Position numbers and translations under genes: made by a program
Part shown: piece after piece, positions 29,201 through 40,093 of the stretch
Layout of the letters: each line of letters opens with the position of its first letter
How positions within the stretch are numbered: position 1 is the first letter of the stretch
Notes under the pieces: model-generated
Databases searched by the model: none
What the model saw: the letters and a program-made list of their open reading frames with translations, nothing else
Told to the model about the DNA's origin: nothing
Assembly: GCA_965215885.1 (NCBI GenBank)
Contig: CBDCEW010000089.1
Coordinates: 14,621-78,620, forward strand
Direction: 5' to 3'
Length of the DNA: 64,000 nt
Source of the DNA: Candidatus Moanibacter sp.
Lineage (GTDB): Bacteria > Verrucomicrobiota > Verrucomicrobiia > Opitutales > UBA2987

Positions 29201-30784
29201 ATGTTTAACGAACTTCAACCTATCCTTATCGGCGGAGAGTGGCGCCATTCCTCAGGGAGTGGGAGTTTTCACGCCACAAATCCGAAGACCCGTGAATCGC
29301 TTCCCGAGGAATTTCCAGTAAGCCCATGGGATGAAGTGGAAGAGGTCATCAATGCAGCCGCCGAAGCCTTTGAGCAGCTTCTGGAGGTTTCACCCGAAGA
29401 GATCGCAAAGTTTCTCGAAAACTATGCGGATCGGATTGAAGCGAGAGGCGACGAGCTGACGGAACGGGCCCATACTGAGACTGCTCTACCCGCCGAGCCG
29501 CGGCTAGGATCAGTCGAATTACCGCGCACGAGTAACCAGTTGCGTCAGGCTGCTGCCGCTGCCAGAGAGCGATCGTGGGCGATTCCGACAATCGACACTG
29601 TGAATAACATTCGGTCACTATGTCGGGCGATTGGGCCAGTCTGCGTCTTTGGTCCCAACAATTTTCCTTTTGCCTTTAACGGTGTGGCAGGGGGAGATTT
29701 TGCGGCCGCCATTGCAGCGGGAAATCCCGTAATTGCGAAGGCTAATACTTCGCATCCGGCGACTTCGAGGATCCTGGCGGAAGAGGCGTTTGCGGCGGTG
29801 AGTGAGTCGGGATTGCCCGCCGGAACAGTACAGATGATTTACCGAACGAGTCATGCGGACGGTGCGCGATTAGTCTCCCACCCACTCATCGGCGCCACGG
29901 GTTACACCGGATCGAGGAGGGCGGGACTGGCATTGAAAGAGGCTGCCGACGAAGCTGGTGTACCGATTTATCTGGAATTGAGCAGCATCAATCCGGTGGT
30001 CGTACTACCTGGAGCTCTCGATGGAGACTCGGATCGAGTTGTTGATGATTTTGTGACCTCCGTGCTGATGGGCACGGGACAGTTTTGCACGAATCCAGGC
30101 CTTGTCGTTCTTTTCGACGATGACTCTTCCGCCTCCTTCATTGAGAAGGTTAAAGTCCGATTCGAAGAGGCTCCACCAGGAACTTTACTGGGCGAAGGAG
30201 TCGAGAATTCATTGCGCTCCGGAATCCAGGCTTTGCAGGACGCGGGAGCTGAAAAAATCACCGATGAACGCGAGGGAGGAGAAGGGTATTGTGTCGCTAA
30301 CACCCTCCTTAAAGTTGACGCAAAGCAATTTCTTCAAAATTCACTCGCCCTTCAGGAGGAGGCATTCGGAAACTCCAGCCTTCTGGTCGTTGTCAGCGAT
30401 CGTGGCCAAATGAGAGACATTCTTCATTCTCTGGAAGGCAATCTTACGGGGTGCATCTACAGTGATAGTGGCGGCAGCGATGACGCAATTTATGCAGAGA
30501 TCGAACCGATTCTCCGCCGCAAAGTGGGTCGAATTCTCAATGATAAGATGCCTACTGGAGTAGCAGTCTCACCGGCCATGAACCACGGCGGACCTTTTCC
30601 GGCGACCGGACACCCCGGTTTCACTTCAGTCGGTTTCCCGGCTTCCCTGCTCAGGTTCAGTGTTCTTCAAAGTTACGACAACGTTCGCCAGGATCGTCTC
30701 CCGCAGGAACTTGCGGATAAGAACCCCACGGGAAGAACCTGGCGCCTCGTCGATGGGAATTGGACACAGGAGGACGTGCCTTAG
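29201..30784 (+). CDS. NADP-dependent aldehyde dehydrogenase (alpha-ketoglutaric semialdehyde dehydrogenase-like)
   Basis: NFPFAF, GGDFAAA, ELSSINP, GQFCTNPG, PTGVAV, HGGPFPAT. Confidence 0.92.
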   Translation: MFNELQPILIGGEWRHSSGSGSFHATNPKTRESLPEEFPVSPWDEVEEVINAAAEAFEQLLEVSPEEIAKFLENYADRIEARGDELTERAHTETALPAEPRLGSVELPRTSNQLRQAAAAARERSWAIPTIDTVNNIRSLCRAIGPVCVFGPNNFPFAFNGVAGGDFAAAIAAGNPVIAKANTSHPATSRILAEEAFAAVSESGLPAGTVQMIYRTSHADGARLVSHPLIGATGYTGSRRAGLALKEAADEAGVPIYLELSSINPVVVLPGALDGDSDRVVDDFVTSVLMGTGQFCTNPGLVVLFDDDSSASFIEKVKVRFEEAPPGTLLGEGVENSLRSGIQALQDAGAEKITDEREGGEGYCVANTLLKVDAKQFLQNSLALQEEAFGNSSLLVVVSDRGQMRDILHSLEGNLTGCIYSDSGGSDDAIYAEIEPILRRKVGRILNDKMPTGVAVSPAMNHGGPFPATGHPGFTSVGFPASLLRFSVLQSYDNVRQDRLPQELADKNPTGRTWRLVDGNWTQEDVP

Positions 30785-31746
30785 GATTCGGGGTAGAAGC
30801 AATTCAGAATGTAACTTTGAAGTTTTGCGAGCAGTTCCGGCAAGCTGGGCTTCATCTCCTCATAACCCTCAAAAAGTCGCGCCCCGGCGTTTTCCACAGC
30901 GACTAACTCGAGTCGTGCTTCCAGTCTTTCAGCTTTTTCTCTGAGCCATTTTGCCTGTTCGAAGCGCACGTCTTCCCTACCGGCGAGAAGCAGCACTGGC
31001 GGCGATTCGTGGGTTAGAAAGTTAACCGGGCTGGCATCCGCGTAATTCTCCGGAACTTCCTCGATACTACCACCCAACCCCATTCGCAATTGGGTGCGTA
31101 CCTTCTTTTTATCTTCCTCGTCCCCTTCTGCTACGTGTTCGGCTATGCGCACGAGATCAGTGGCAGGAGCAAAGGCAATTATAAAAGTAGGGGGATAAGC
31201 GGGCAGGTTCTCCTGAGTGTCTTGCTTCTCGGATTTCGCGCCGCCGAGGCCCAACATTAGCGCAATATGCGCACCACTTGTTTCTCCCATTAAGCCTATG
31301 CGATTCGAATCGAATTCGTATTCCGTCGCTCTTGTGCGGAGCCACTCTCTTGCCTTTCGCGCATCCTCAAAGAGATTCCTCAGGGGATTCTTTTTACTCG
31401 CCTTGCTATAGTTTATTGAAGCGACGTTGATCCGACCCTTTTCAACGAGGTCAAGTAGAGTTTCCCTCAGGAAGGCAATCTCCAGAATCTCTTCCTTCTT
31501 CCCTTTCCGATATCCCCCACCATGGAGATAAATCAGAAGGGGAGGGGAGGAGTTCACGAGAGCCTTCGCCCTATAGAGATCGAGGTGCAGGGGGCGCTTG
31601 CCCGACTCGTCGTAAATCAGATTCGAAATCCTCTGCACGCCCGGAGGAACCAGTGCCTCCTCCTCTGACCCGATTGATTCTTCTTCGCCCGAAAGGTACG
31701 TAAGAAGTGCCAGGGGAAGAAAAGCAAGTAAGCGGTACCACTTCAT
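30781..31746 (-). CDS. Secreted alpha/beta hydrolase-fold protein with a degenerate catalytic triad
   Basis: LDLY, HGGG, RIGLMGETSGAH, ASP motifs. Confidence 0.82.
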   Translation of the reverse strand: MKWYRLLAFLPLALLTYLSGEEESIGSEEEALVPPGVQRISNLIYDESGKRPLHLDLYRAKALVNSSPPLLIYLHGGGYRKGKKEEILEIAFLRETLLDLVEKGRINVASINYSKASKKNPLRNLFEDARKAREWLRTRATEYEFDSNRIGLMGETSGAHIALMLGLGGAKSEKQDTQENLPAYPPTFIIAFAPATDLVRIAEHVAEGDEEDKKKVRTQLRMGLGGSIEEVPENYADASPVNFLTHESPPVLLLAGREDVRFEQAKWLREKAERLEARLELVAVENAGARLFEGYEEMKPSLPELLAKLQSYILNCFYPES

Positions 31747-32141
31747 TTTATCCTGAGATTGAAATTAAGCCATCAGTGTTCCACAGGTCTAGCAGCCTGT
31801 CAGACTTATTCGAGCACTATTCATCAGGTTGACCGGACGAAATGCTTCCGTCCCGCCGAGCGGGACTACGATCGGAAAGGAAGCATATAGCGGAAAGCGG
31901 GAGCTTTTCGTGTTCTTGCGAATTATCGAGAACGAGGACGAGAACGAGGACTAATTCTGATCTGCCAGACAGGCAGTTTCCGTCCTCGACAGGACTGAGA
32001 ATTTCACCCTCACGCTAACTCGCTCTGCCGATTTGCTTTGCTTTCGTAACGGGATCGGTATCAATGTTTCTCGGTGTCTGAGAGGAACTCGTGCCGTGTC
32101 CCTTTAGCAATTTCACCCAGGCAGGAGGGATTCTTTATACT

Positions 32142-32756
32142 ATGAAATGTAAGCTATTGTCTTTTGGAATTATCGTAATAAGCATGTGCCTTTTCCTTAT
32201 TTCTAAAAGAGGTGAGATGAAAGAGGTAGAGTTCGAGGCAGGATCGGACGATCCCGCGGCAACGGATGAGGATCGGAGACATATGAACCGGGCCTACGAG
32301 CTTGCTTCCAGTGCTGTCGAACACGGAAACCATCCATTCGGTGCGTTAATAGTGAGGGACGGAGAGATCCTCTTAGAATTCGAAAATCAAGTCATTACTT
32401 CAGGCGATGTCACACAGCACGCCGAGACCGGATTGATCAGTCTGGCGACTCCGAAATTTGATCGGGAAACGCTCTCTCAATCGACTCTCTATACCAGCAC
32501 GGAGCCGTGCATCATGTGTTGCGGCGCGATTTATTGGGCGGGGGTCACTAAGATCGTTTTCGGGACAAGTGCGAGGGAGATGGTGACGAAGGGACTAAAG
32601 AGTGAATACCGGGGAATACCCAGCAGGGAGGTTTATTCCCGTATCGGACCGCACGTTGAAATCATAGGTCCCATAAACGAGGAGCGTGGCCTCGAGATTC
32701 ATAAAGAGGGTTGGCCAAAAGTTTTCAAGGCACGCAGCGAAAAGGAAAATGAGTAG
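32142..32756 (+). CDS. Nucleoside/guanine deaminase (CDA Zn fold)
   Basis: HPFGA, HAE, EPCIMC. Start uncertain (32142 or 32218). Confidence 0.88.
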   Translation: MKCKLLSFGIIVISMCLFLISKRGEMKEVEFEAGSDDPAATDEDRRHMNRAYELASSAVEHGNHPFGALIVRDGEILLEFENQVITSGDVTQHAETGLISLATPKFDRETLSQSTLYTSTEPCIMCCGAIYWAGVTKIVFGTSAREMVTKGLKSEYRGIPSREVYSRIGPHVEIIGPINEERGLEIHKEGWPKVFKARSEKENE

Positions 32757-32773
32757 CAATTGATGGAATAGAC

Positions 32774-33238
32774 ATGCCACTTTTCCTGGTCCAGCACGGT
32801 AAGAGTCAGACAAAAGAGGTGGATCCCGAAAGAGGACTTACCGAAGAAGGGGCTGCAGAAGTAAGAGGTGTTGCCAGGGTTGCCAAAGAGTGTGGCATTC
32901 GACTTTCGAAGGTCAGACACAGTGGAAAGAAGAGGGCTCGAGAAACGGCCGAAATTCTCGCGGAGGCATTGCTGGATTCGGAGGGATCTGTAGCAGCTAT
33001 CGAAGGATTGGGCCCGTTGGATGATGTTTCTGTAATCGCTGCTCGAGTTTCTGAAGAGGCCAGTCTGATGGTAGTGGGGCACCTGCCATTCATGGAGAGA
33101 CTGACTTCATTCCTGATCACCGGAGATGCCGAAAAGCCGGTGTTAAAATTCCAGAATGGAGGGATTGTTTGCCTGGACAGGGAACCGGATTCAGAGGCGT
33201 GGGTGGTTAAGTGGGCCATCGTAGCGAATTTGACTTGA
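32774..33238 (+). CDS. sixA: Phosphohistidine phosphatase SixA
   Basis: LVQHG, HSGKKRARETA, VGHLP. Confidence 0.85.
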   Translation: MPLFLVQHGKSQTKEVDPERGLTEEGAAEVRGVARVAKECGIRLSKVRHSGKKRARETAEILAEALLDSEGSVAAIEGLGPLDDVSVIAARVSEEASLMVVGHLPFMERLTSFLITGDAEKPVLKFQNGGIVCLDREPDSEAWVVKWAIVANLT

Positions 33239-33342
33239 GATATCGCGCAAAGCCGCAAAGAACGCAAAGGGTGTGTTGAGTTTGACTTGGCGTGGCAGAA
33301 AAGTATTGAGGGGGAGCGGGCGAAAGGCCAGATTCTGGTGAC

Positions 33343-34206
33343 ATGGCAGAGTCACGCGTTCAGCGGCTTCTCGACGAATTGGGCACGATTGTATTTCCGG
33401 GTGTCTACGACTCACTCTCCGCGAAGATTGTAGAGAATAACGGGTTTCCTCTGAGCTTTATTTCGGGTTACTCGGTTTCAGCGAGCTCGATTGGTGAGCC
33501 TGATATGGGTTTACTGACACAAACTGAGATGCTGGAACGCGCCAGGCAAGTGTGCCGGTGTGTGAGTATCCCGATTATCGTCGATGCCGATACGGGTTAT
33601 GGGAATCCCTTGAACGTGATGCGCACGGTTGAGACTCTGATCGAGGCGGGTGCGGCGGGTTGCTTCCTCGAGGATCAGCTTTGGCCGAAGAAGTGCGGCC
33701 ACATGCGAGGGAAAAAGGTAATCGAGCGAGAGGAATACATTCAGAAAATTGGGGCCGCTTCGGAGGCGCGAGCCGGCCGCGATTTTTTTATAGTATCGCG
33801 CACAGATGCTTTGGCGGCGGTAAGTCTTGAGGAGGCGTTGGCGCGTATGGAAGAAGCCCGTGAAGCGGGAGCCGATGCCAGCTTTGTAGAAGCGCCGGGA
33901 TCAATCGAATTTCTGGAGGAAATCGGACACTCGGCACCGAAGCCGATGGTTGCGAATATGATCGAAGGAGGAAAAACACCAATCCTTGAGCGATCCCGTC
34001 TCGAAGCTATGGGTTTTCAGTTGATATTGTATCCTCTGGCGGGAATTTTTGCCGCCGCTCAAGCGATGCACTCCGTCTTCAGGAAGTTGAAAGATGACCA
34101 GACGACCCTCGGTGCGGAGGAGCAGCTCTTCTCTTTTGAACGTTTTAACCAACTCGTTGGAGTTGAAGAGAAATTTGCTTTGGCGGAGCGTTTCGGGGCC
34201 GAGTGA
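33343..34206 (+). CDS. Isocitrate lyase/PEP mutase-family enzyme (PrpB-like)
   Basis: DADTGYG, EDQ, KKCGH, RTDA, NMIEGGKTP. Confidence 0.92.
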   Translation: MAESRVQRLLDELGTIVFPGVYDSLSAKIVENNGFPLSFISGYSVSASSIGEPDMGLLTQTEMLERARQVCRCVSIPIIVDADTGYGNPLNVMRTVETLIEAGAAGCFLEDQLWPKKCGHMRGKKVIEREEYIQKIGAASEARAGRDFFIVSRTDALAAVSLEEALARMEEAREAGADASFVEAPGSIEFLEEIGHSAPKPMVANMIEGGKTPILERSRLEAMGFQLILYPLAGIFAAAQAMHSVFRKLKDDQTTLGAEEQLFSFERFNQLVGVEEKFALAERFGAE

Positions 34207-34409
34207 CGAGGATGGATCGATTGGCGACCCCAGAGGAAGAGGCTGAGCAACTTCTCTCCCTGACGAAGAATGATCTCATGAAGGGCATTGAGACCATTGA
34301 GCGGCGCAATTACAAGACAAAGGCATATTGGATGGGAGGTAAGGTTCTCTGCGTCGGTCTCATTCTCTACTGCGCGTCGGTTTCTTTAATGCTTCTTAAT
34401 CCGCATTAA
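34203..34409 (+). CDS. Small hypothetical membrane protein or remnant
   Basis: GTGA overlap with the upstream stop; one C-terminal hydrophobic helix. Confidence 0.45.
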   Translation: MTRMDRLATPEEEAEQLLSLTKNDLMKGIETIERRNYKTKAYWMGGKVLCVGLILYCASVSLMLLNPH

Positions 34410-34475
34410 CTTATGGATTCAGATAAGATAGGTATGAACTTGACAATTCTAACTGGTCATTAAATCTAGTCATTT

Positions 34476-34706
34476 ATGGAAATTTCAGCAACAGAATTCA
34501 AAGCGAAGTGTCTTGCCATCATTGACCAGGTTCATGATAGCGGGGAACCGGTTGTGATCACAAAACGTGGCAGCGTTGTAGCGCGCCTGATTGCCGACGG
34601 GGATGTCGATGAAAAACCGTGGCTCAACTTACGTGGAAGTGGTCGCTTTATTGGCGATCCGTTTAAACCAGTAGTGGTGGAATCCGAGATTGAAGTATTA
34701 AAATAG
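34476..34706 (+). CDS. Phd/YefM antitoxin
   Basis: ISATEFKAKCL..VVITKRG; TTGACA at 34440. Confidence 0.9.
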   Translation: MEISATEFKAKCLAIIDQVHDSGEPVVITKRGSVVARLIADGDVDEKPWLNLRGSGRFIGDPFKPVVVESEIEVLK

Positions 34707-35107
34707 TGGACACGCTTCCCCTTCTCGATACTCACGCGTGGGTCTGGTGGATCATTGGGGATAAGCGCCTCAAAAGGAAGCATCGAGAAGGATTAGATGC
34801 GATGCCACCAATGCAGAGGCCTTATGTTTCATCAATTAGTCTGTGGGAAGTAAGCATGCTCGTTGAGCGGGGACGACTCGACCTCGAAATACCACTGCTG
34901 GAATGGCTGACACTTGCGGCTCACCCGCGAACCGTAAGGCTACTTCCGATAACCCCTCTGATTGCTTCCGAAGTGGCGAATCTTCCTACATCCTTTCATC
35001 GTGATCCAGCCGATCGCCTTATTGTCAGCACCGCTAGAGTAAGAGAGCTTGAAGTCTTGACCAACGATAAGAGCATTCGCACTTCCCGTTTGGTTAGACT
35101 CTGGTAG
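34706..35107 (+). CDS. vapC: VapC/PIN toxin
   Basis: LLDTHAWVW, SSISLWE, HRDPADRLIV. Confidence 0.9.
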   Translation: MDTLPLLDTHAWVWWIIGDKRLKRKHREGLDAMPPMQRPYVSSISLWEVSMLVERGRLDLEIPLLEWLTLAAHPRTVRLLPITPLIASEVANLPTSFHRDPADRLIVSTARVRELEVLTNDKSIRTSRLVRLW

Positions 35108-35115
35108 ACAGGCTC

Positions 35116-36264
35116 TTATTTTCCCTCTTCTCCCTCGGTGTCCGCCTCGCTCTCCTCGGAAATCTCAACAAGCTTTTCAAGGGCATCGTTAAGCTGGTTA
35201 AAGGTGTAGTCGGGATAGGTGAGCGAAACTTCCTGCATGATGTCGTTTAAGCGGTTTTCCGGATCGATCGTGGAAAAAAAGATAAAGACTGGGCCCGGGT
35301 CGGTCATTTCCGGTTCTTCTTCCGAATCATCGGTTGTTCCATCGTCACCGGCTTCTTCAGGCTGGGTGACATCTTCCGACCCAACTTCGGTTCCCTCTTC
35401 CTCACTCTCTTCTTCTTCCTTTTCGACAGGTTCGGCGGGCCGGCGTCCGAACGATAGACTGTAACTCTCGCCGTTGAAGAGAAACAGCTCGATTTCACGG
35501 CTGTGATCAAGGGCGGCAAGAGCGTCAGGATCCTCTCTATCCACCACTTTGCTGAATCTGGCATTTATGAGAGTTCTCAGAAGATTCTTAACTTCGGTGT
35601 CGTTGATCTTTTTGCTCTCCTCCAGTTCACTGGCAGTAAATGGCGATTCGGCGGATTCGCGATAAATCTCGAGCGTAGACTCCCTGCTCTCAATTCCACT
35701 TAGCCTGATATTTTCTACTTCTTCGCTTTTAAAAGAGAGCAGTTTTTTCTGCGGCCAGTTCTCATGGTTAGTGTCAAGATAGAGGCTGAGATCGGCGAGG
35801 TAAGCTTCCTCACCATCGTTCAATTTTACAAAAGTACCTCCGGAGGGACCTCGCTTGCCGGTTTCCAATACCCAAAGAGATTCGCTTGCGGCAGATTTGA
35901 ATTCGACCCGGTTTTCGCCCAACTCCAATCTTTCGATTCGACTCGGATCTTTTGTCACTGCACGAAGCACAGTAGCATCGAGGAGGGAGCGGGTGAGGGA
36001 CTCAAGCTTTGAGAAATCGGCTGGAAAGTTATGATATTCGGGAAGAATCCAGTTATTATCATCGGCTTTGTTCAAGAGGACTGCCTCACCGCTCGAAGGA
36101 TCTGAAATAATAATCTCGGTTGTCGCCTCGATGATATGCGGCGAAATGAGCTCTTTCCCCACCAAACCTCCGGGGCTCTTTTCTTTTGGCTTTGTAAGCC
36201 ACCACCCAGCGAGAGCCAGGAGACCTAAAACAAGAACGCAGATTAGAATGTGTTTCAGCTTCAT
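35116..36264 (-). CDS. DUF4340-type periplasmic partner of a Gld-like ABC system
   Basis: N-terminal TM anchor, position after the GldG-like gene, acidic C-terminal linker. Confidence 0.75.
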   Translation of the reverse strand: MKLKHILICVLVLGLLALAGWWLTKPKEKSPGGLVGKELISPHIIEATTEIIISDPSSGEAVLLNKADDNNWILPEYHNFPADFSKLESLTRSLLDATVLRAVTKDPSRIERLELGENRVEFKSAASESLWVLETGKRGPSGGTFVKLNDGEEAYLADLSLYLDTNHENWPQKKLLSFKSEEVENIRLSGIESRESTLEIYRESAESPFTASELEESKKINDTEVKNLLRTLINARFSKVVDREDPDALAALDHSREIELFLFNGESYSLSFGRRPAEPVEKEEEESEEEGTEVGSEDVTQPEEAGDDGTTDDSEEEPEMTDPGPVFIFFSTIDPENRLNDIMQEVSLTYPDYTFNQLNDALEKLVEISEESEADTEGEEGK

Positions 36265-38168
36265 CGGGAGTCTCGCTTTTGCCGTTTGCTGCGAATGATA
36301 AAGAAGTTTATCCCAAAAAACCCGACTAGAACTGGTACGGTCAGGAGGTTAAAGAGAACCAGCCTTCGTTCGAGACTCTCGATATCCTCACGGAGTTTCT
36401 TGCGAATTTCTCTGAGGGCCGCGCGTTTGTCAGCTTCCTGTTTTCGATAGTCGCTTATTACATCGCGGACATCCTGGCTCGCCACGAGTTTGCCACGCTC
36501 GCTCTGTTCTTTTAGGAGTTCCCTGAGCTCGTCTTGCACTTCGCTCAATTCCTGCTGAAGTGCGTTGTACTCATCCTGGAAACTTTGTTGTGCTTTCAGT
36601 TCGAGTTCCTGCACGACCTTGAATGGGCGCACCGCGGTGCCCTTTCCTCGCAGGGAAATGAGATCTTCACTTCCTGCGAGATACTCCGCAATGTTGGATA
36701 CGAAGCTGAGGTTATCGTTGAGTGGGCTCATTGTTGAAAGGCCGAGAAAATTCATCCTCCTTACGCTGAACTGGTCAGCCAGAAAATCGGAATCGGCGAT
36801 CAGAACTACCGTACTGGTGCCGCTTGATTCGGATAATCCCTCTTCCTTTTCCGGCAGAAGGACCGATGGCCTGTCGGAATCTGTGTCGTCATCGGAATCT
36901 TCAGAATCGGTCTCTGGCTTGGGTCTGCCTTCCGGGAAAGCAGTTTTGAAACTCCCCCGAACAATTCCGGCCAGTGTTCGGACTTGCCCAGTGGGTCTGA
37001 TCTGACGCGTTAGGCTTTCCGGTGTTGAGAAATTGAGCATGCTCGCGGTGAGACGGTCGCTTCGATCGGAGCTGGTAATGAGTGGCACGAAATCGAGCTC
37101 ACTGCCTTCTTTCAATTCAAAGCTCCCCGATTCGACCAGCAGCATCGTGTTTAACTGGGCGGTGGCGGGAGAGTTCGAGTCAAGTGAATCCAGTGACACC
37201 CAGGCGGGATAGCGAACCTGACCGCCACCAGTGCTTACGGTCGCAGCATATTTTAGATCCGCGACAAAATAGAGAGGGTCATATTCAATACCCCAGCTCC
37301 TGAAAAGGCGGGGCAAGTCGCTCGAAGTTAAATTCATTCCTCTCATCATCGCCTGTTGGCCCATTTGACTCTTCTGCAAATATGAGGAGGGATCGACCGC
37401 GATGAAGGCGGGTTTTCCCGAAAGGACAAACTGGTCGATTTCGAAGAGAAGACGGTCGGAGAGGTTTTGGGGATGAATGACTGCGAGGACGTCGATCTCT
37501 TCAGAAAGCTCGTCTTCATCGGAGGAGATTTGCTCTATTTCGAAGCTGTTTCTCAACTCTTGAATAAATACCCAGTCCTGGGGCATCTGCTGCCCGGGCA
37601 TCATTCCGGGGACGAATTGGCTGATGACCGGCAGGCTTGAAACGACTCCGAGGGTGGGCAGATCATATTGCTGGACGCGATGAACAGCTCGGGATATGTC
37701 GTATTCAAGCAAGGATTCGCGTTGGATATTGAACATGGGAATAGTCTCCTCCTGGTCTGCCTGAACGACGATCAGACCGAAAAAAAGTGAGTCTCCGGTG
37801 GGAAGACGCTGACCGGAGATTCCGGAACGTATGGCCGCCTCTTCCTCTTCTGTATCCGGCTTCGGATCGATGATGGAGAGGTCAATGTTGTCGTCCGCTG
37901 CCTTTTCGTATTGGCGCAGGAGCGCTTCCACACGAGAGGCGTAATTCTTCATCATGATCGGAACGTCCTTAACGCTTCGACTGAAGTAGAACTGTAGGGT
38001 GATGGGGTCCTGAATCTTCTTCAGGAGGGATTTGCTCCCGTCGGAGAGAGTGTAGAGATTGTCTTTTGTAAAGTCGGCCTGACCGGGAATAAAGCCGGCG
38101 ATAATTGAAATTAGAATGAGCCCGGCGATAAGGAGGCAAAATGCGACCAGTTTAGAAACACGCTTCAT
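36261..38168 (-). CDS. GldG-family ABC accessory protein
   Basis: DFTKDNLYTLS, LEYDISR, IDQFVLSG, LISLRGK. Confidence 0.88.
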   Translation of the reverse strand: MKRVSKLVAFCLLIAGLILISIIAGFIPGQADFTKDNLYTLSDGSKSLLKKIQDPITLQFYFSRSVKDVPIMMKNYASRVEALLRQYEKAADDNIDLSIIDPKPDTEEEEAAIRSGISGQRLPTGDSLFFGLIVVQADQEETIPMFNIQRESLLEYDISRAVHRVQQYDLPTLGVVSSLPVISQFVPGMMPGQQMPQDWVFIQELRNSFEIEQISSDEDELSEEIDVLAVIHPQNLSDRLLFEIDQFVLSGKPAFIAVDPSSYLQKSQMGQQAMMRGMNLTSSDLPRLFRSWGIEYDPLYFVADLKYAATVSTGGGQVRYPAWVSLDSLDSNSPATAQLNTMLLVESGSFELKEGSELDFVPLITSSDRSDRLTASMLNFSTPESLTRQIRPTGQVRTLAGIVRGSFKTAFPEGRPKPETDSEDSDDDTDSDRPSVLLPEKEEGLSESSGTSTVVLIADSDFLADQFSVRRMNFLGLSTMSPLNDNLSFVSNIAEYLAGSEDLISLRGKGTAVRPFKVVQELELKAQQSFQDEYNALQQELSEVQDELRELLKEQSERGKLVASQDVRDVISDYRKQEADKRAALREIRKKLREDIESLERRLVLFNLLTVPVLVGFFGINFFIIRSKRQKRDSR

Positions 38169-38233
38169 GATTTACCGATAGAGTTTCACGTTCGACAGCT
38201 GATTAAGGCAGATCTTCTAAGGCACTACGCTGC

Positions 38234-38959
38234 TCAGCGTTCCAGTACGAGCACGTTCACAAACAAGGAGAAGGCGCCCAATGAGAAAAAGAAGATTATG
38301 TCGCGTAGGGTGACAAGTCCCCGAACCATTGGATCAAAGTGTGTTATGAAACTGAAGTTGGAAAATGCGTCGACCATCCATACTGGAAAGTGTGCCGAAA
38401 CCATGAGATCGTTGAAGACGCTCCATCCAAGGAAGACTAGAACCAGACAGGCAAATACGCTCAGAACAAAACTGATCACCTGGTTCTTCGTCAGAGCTGA
38501 GGTAAGCGAGCAGATGCTGAGATAGGTGCCAGCCATGAGTATGCTTCCGAAGTAGCCACTGAATATCGGACCCCAATCGGGGTCTCCCAAATAGGCCACC
38601 GTCAGGGGCATGGTAAAGCTCAGCAATACTGCCAAACTGAGAAAGGCCCATCCAGCGAGAAATTTACCAAATACCGCCTGGGTTACCGAGAGGGGAAGGG
38701 TGAATAGCAGCTCCCATGTGCCGGATCGCTTCTCCTCCGCCCAGAGGCGCATCCCGACTGCCGGAATCAGAAAAAGATAAATCCATGGCTGGAACATGAA
38801 GAAACGTGTTAAGCTGGCATTGTTGGTATCGAAGAATCCGCCCAAAAACCAGGTGAGTCCGATCGCGGCGACGAGAAATATGATGAGAAAGACATAGGCC
38901 ACGGGAGATCGGAAATACCCGAAAAACTCTCGTTTAAAGACAGTGAAGATTGCTTTCAT
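38234..38959 (-). CDS. ABC-2 permease (GldF-like)
   Basis: YFRSPVAYVF, MRLWAEEKRSGTWELL. Confidence 0.9.
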   Translation of the reverse strand: MKAIFTVFKREFFGYFRSPVAYVFLIIFLVAAIGLTWFLGGFFDTNNASLTRFFMFQPWIYLFLIPAVGMRLWAEEKRSGTWELLFTLPLSVTQAVFGKFLAGWAFLSLAVLLSFTMPLTVAYLGDPDWGPIFSGYFGSILMAGTYLSICSLTSALTKNQVISFVLSVFACLVLVFLGWSVFNDLMVSAHFPVWMVDAFSNFSFITHFDPMVRGLVTLRDIIFFFSLGAFSLFVNVLVLER

Positions 38960-38966
38960 GCCAGAC

Positions 38967-39893
38967 TTAGTTCGATTCCTGTGTCAACTCCCAGAAGACC
39001 TCCTCCAGTCGGACGGGGGGTTTATCGATGCTTGCCAGTTTCCAGTTGTTCTCCTGGGCGATAGAGAAAATTGCTGCGTCGATGGCCTTTCCGCTCGCCG
39101 GAATGGCTATGAGTTGCCCATCTTCTTCCAATACCTCCTCTACGAAATCGAGTGCTTCGAGGGTTCTCCTTATCGGATTTGGGTCGGTCTCGTTCAAAGA
39201 TATCCGGACTGCATTATAATGGCGGTGCCTCTTGCGGAGGTCCTCAGGGGCCTCGTCCACCAGGATCTTTCCACGCGCGATAATGGCGACGCGATTGCAC
39301 ATGGCTTCGACTTCCTCAAGAATATGGGTCGAAAGGATTATCGCCTTGTCTTCTGCCATCGAGGAGATAAGCCGCCGAACTGCCTGTTTCTGGTTGGGAT
39401 CGAGACCGTCCGTGGGTTCGTCCATGATCAAGTATGGGGGATCGTGAATGACCGCCTGGGCCATACATACTCGTTGACGATAGCCTTTGCTGAGAGTCTC
39501 GATAGTTTGGTTAACCACCTCCTCGAGATGGCAGATTTCCACGACGTTGGATATGCGGCTGGCCTTTGCCGCGGATGAGCGGTAGCCCCGCATTTCCGCG
39601 ATGAAGTTCAGGAATTCCATGACCGTCATCTCCTGGTAGAGTGGGCCGTTTTCAGGGAGATAACCGAGGAGTCTCTTCGCTTCTATGGGATTTTCGGTGA
39701 TGTCGTGCCCGCCGATTCGCGCGCTACCTTCCGTAGGGGGCAGGAACCCGGTGATCATTTTCATAGTCGTCGATTTTCCAGCGCCGTTAGGTCCCAGAAA
39801 TCCGAGGATATCACCTTTCTTTACTTGGAATGCAATGTTGTCGACGGCTCGGATGGAGCCGAAATCCTTAACGAGGTGTTCAGTCTCGATCAT
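38967..39893 (-). CDS. ABC ATP-binding protein (GldA-like)
   Basis: GPNGAGKST, LSKGYRQR, DEPTDGLD. Confidence 0.93.
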   Translation of the reverse strand: MIETEHLVKDFGSIRAVDNIAFQVKKGDILGFLGPNGAGKSTTMKMITGFLPPTEGSARIGGHDITENPIEAKRLLGYLPENGPLYQEMTVMEFLNFIAEMRGYRSSAAKASRISNVVEICHLEEVVNQTIETLSKGYRQRVCMAQAVIHDPPYLIMDEPTDGLDPNQKQAVRRLISSMAEDKAIILSTHILEEVEAMCNRVAIIARGKILVDEAPEDLRKRHRHYNAVRISLNETDPNPIRRTLEALDFVEEVLEEDGQLIAIPASGKAIDAAIFSIAQENNWKLASIDKPPVRLEEVFWELTQESN

Positions 39894-40093
39894 AGTGAGA
39901 GGCGGAAATTTAAAGATCTAAGAAGTGCGGATGTAAGTGAGCCGCGCGATTGTAGTTTGTGTTTCGCTCGTAATGTTTCTCAGAGAATTCGGGAATTCAG
40001 GACTGTCAATCTTGGATTTTCACCTGACCTAGGCTGAAGAACACACCTGACCCGCTTCTCTGGCAGCCTGTCGGGCTTATTCGAACTCTCGGA

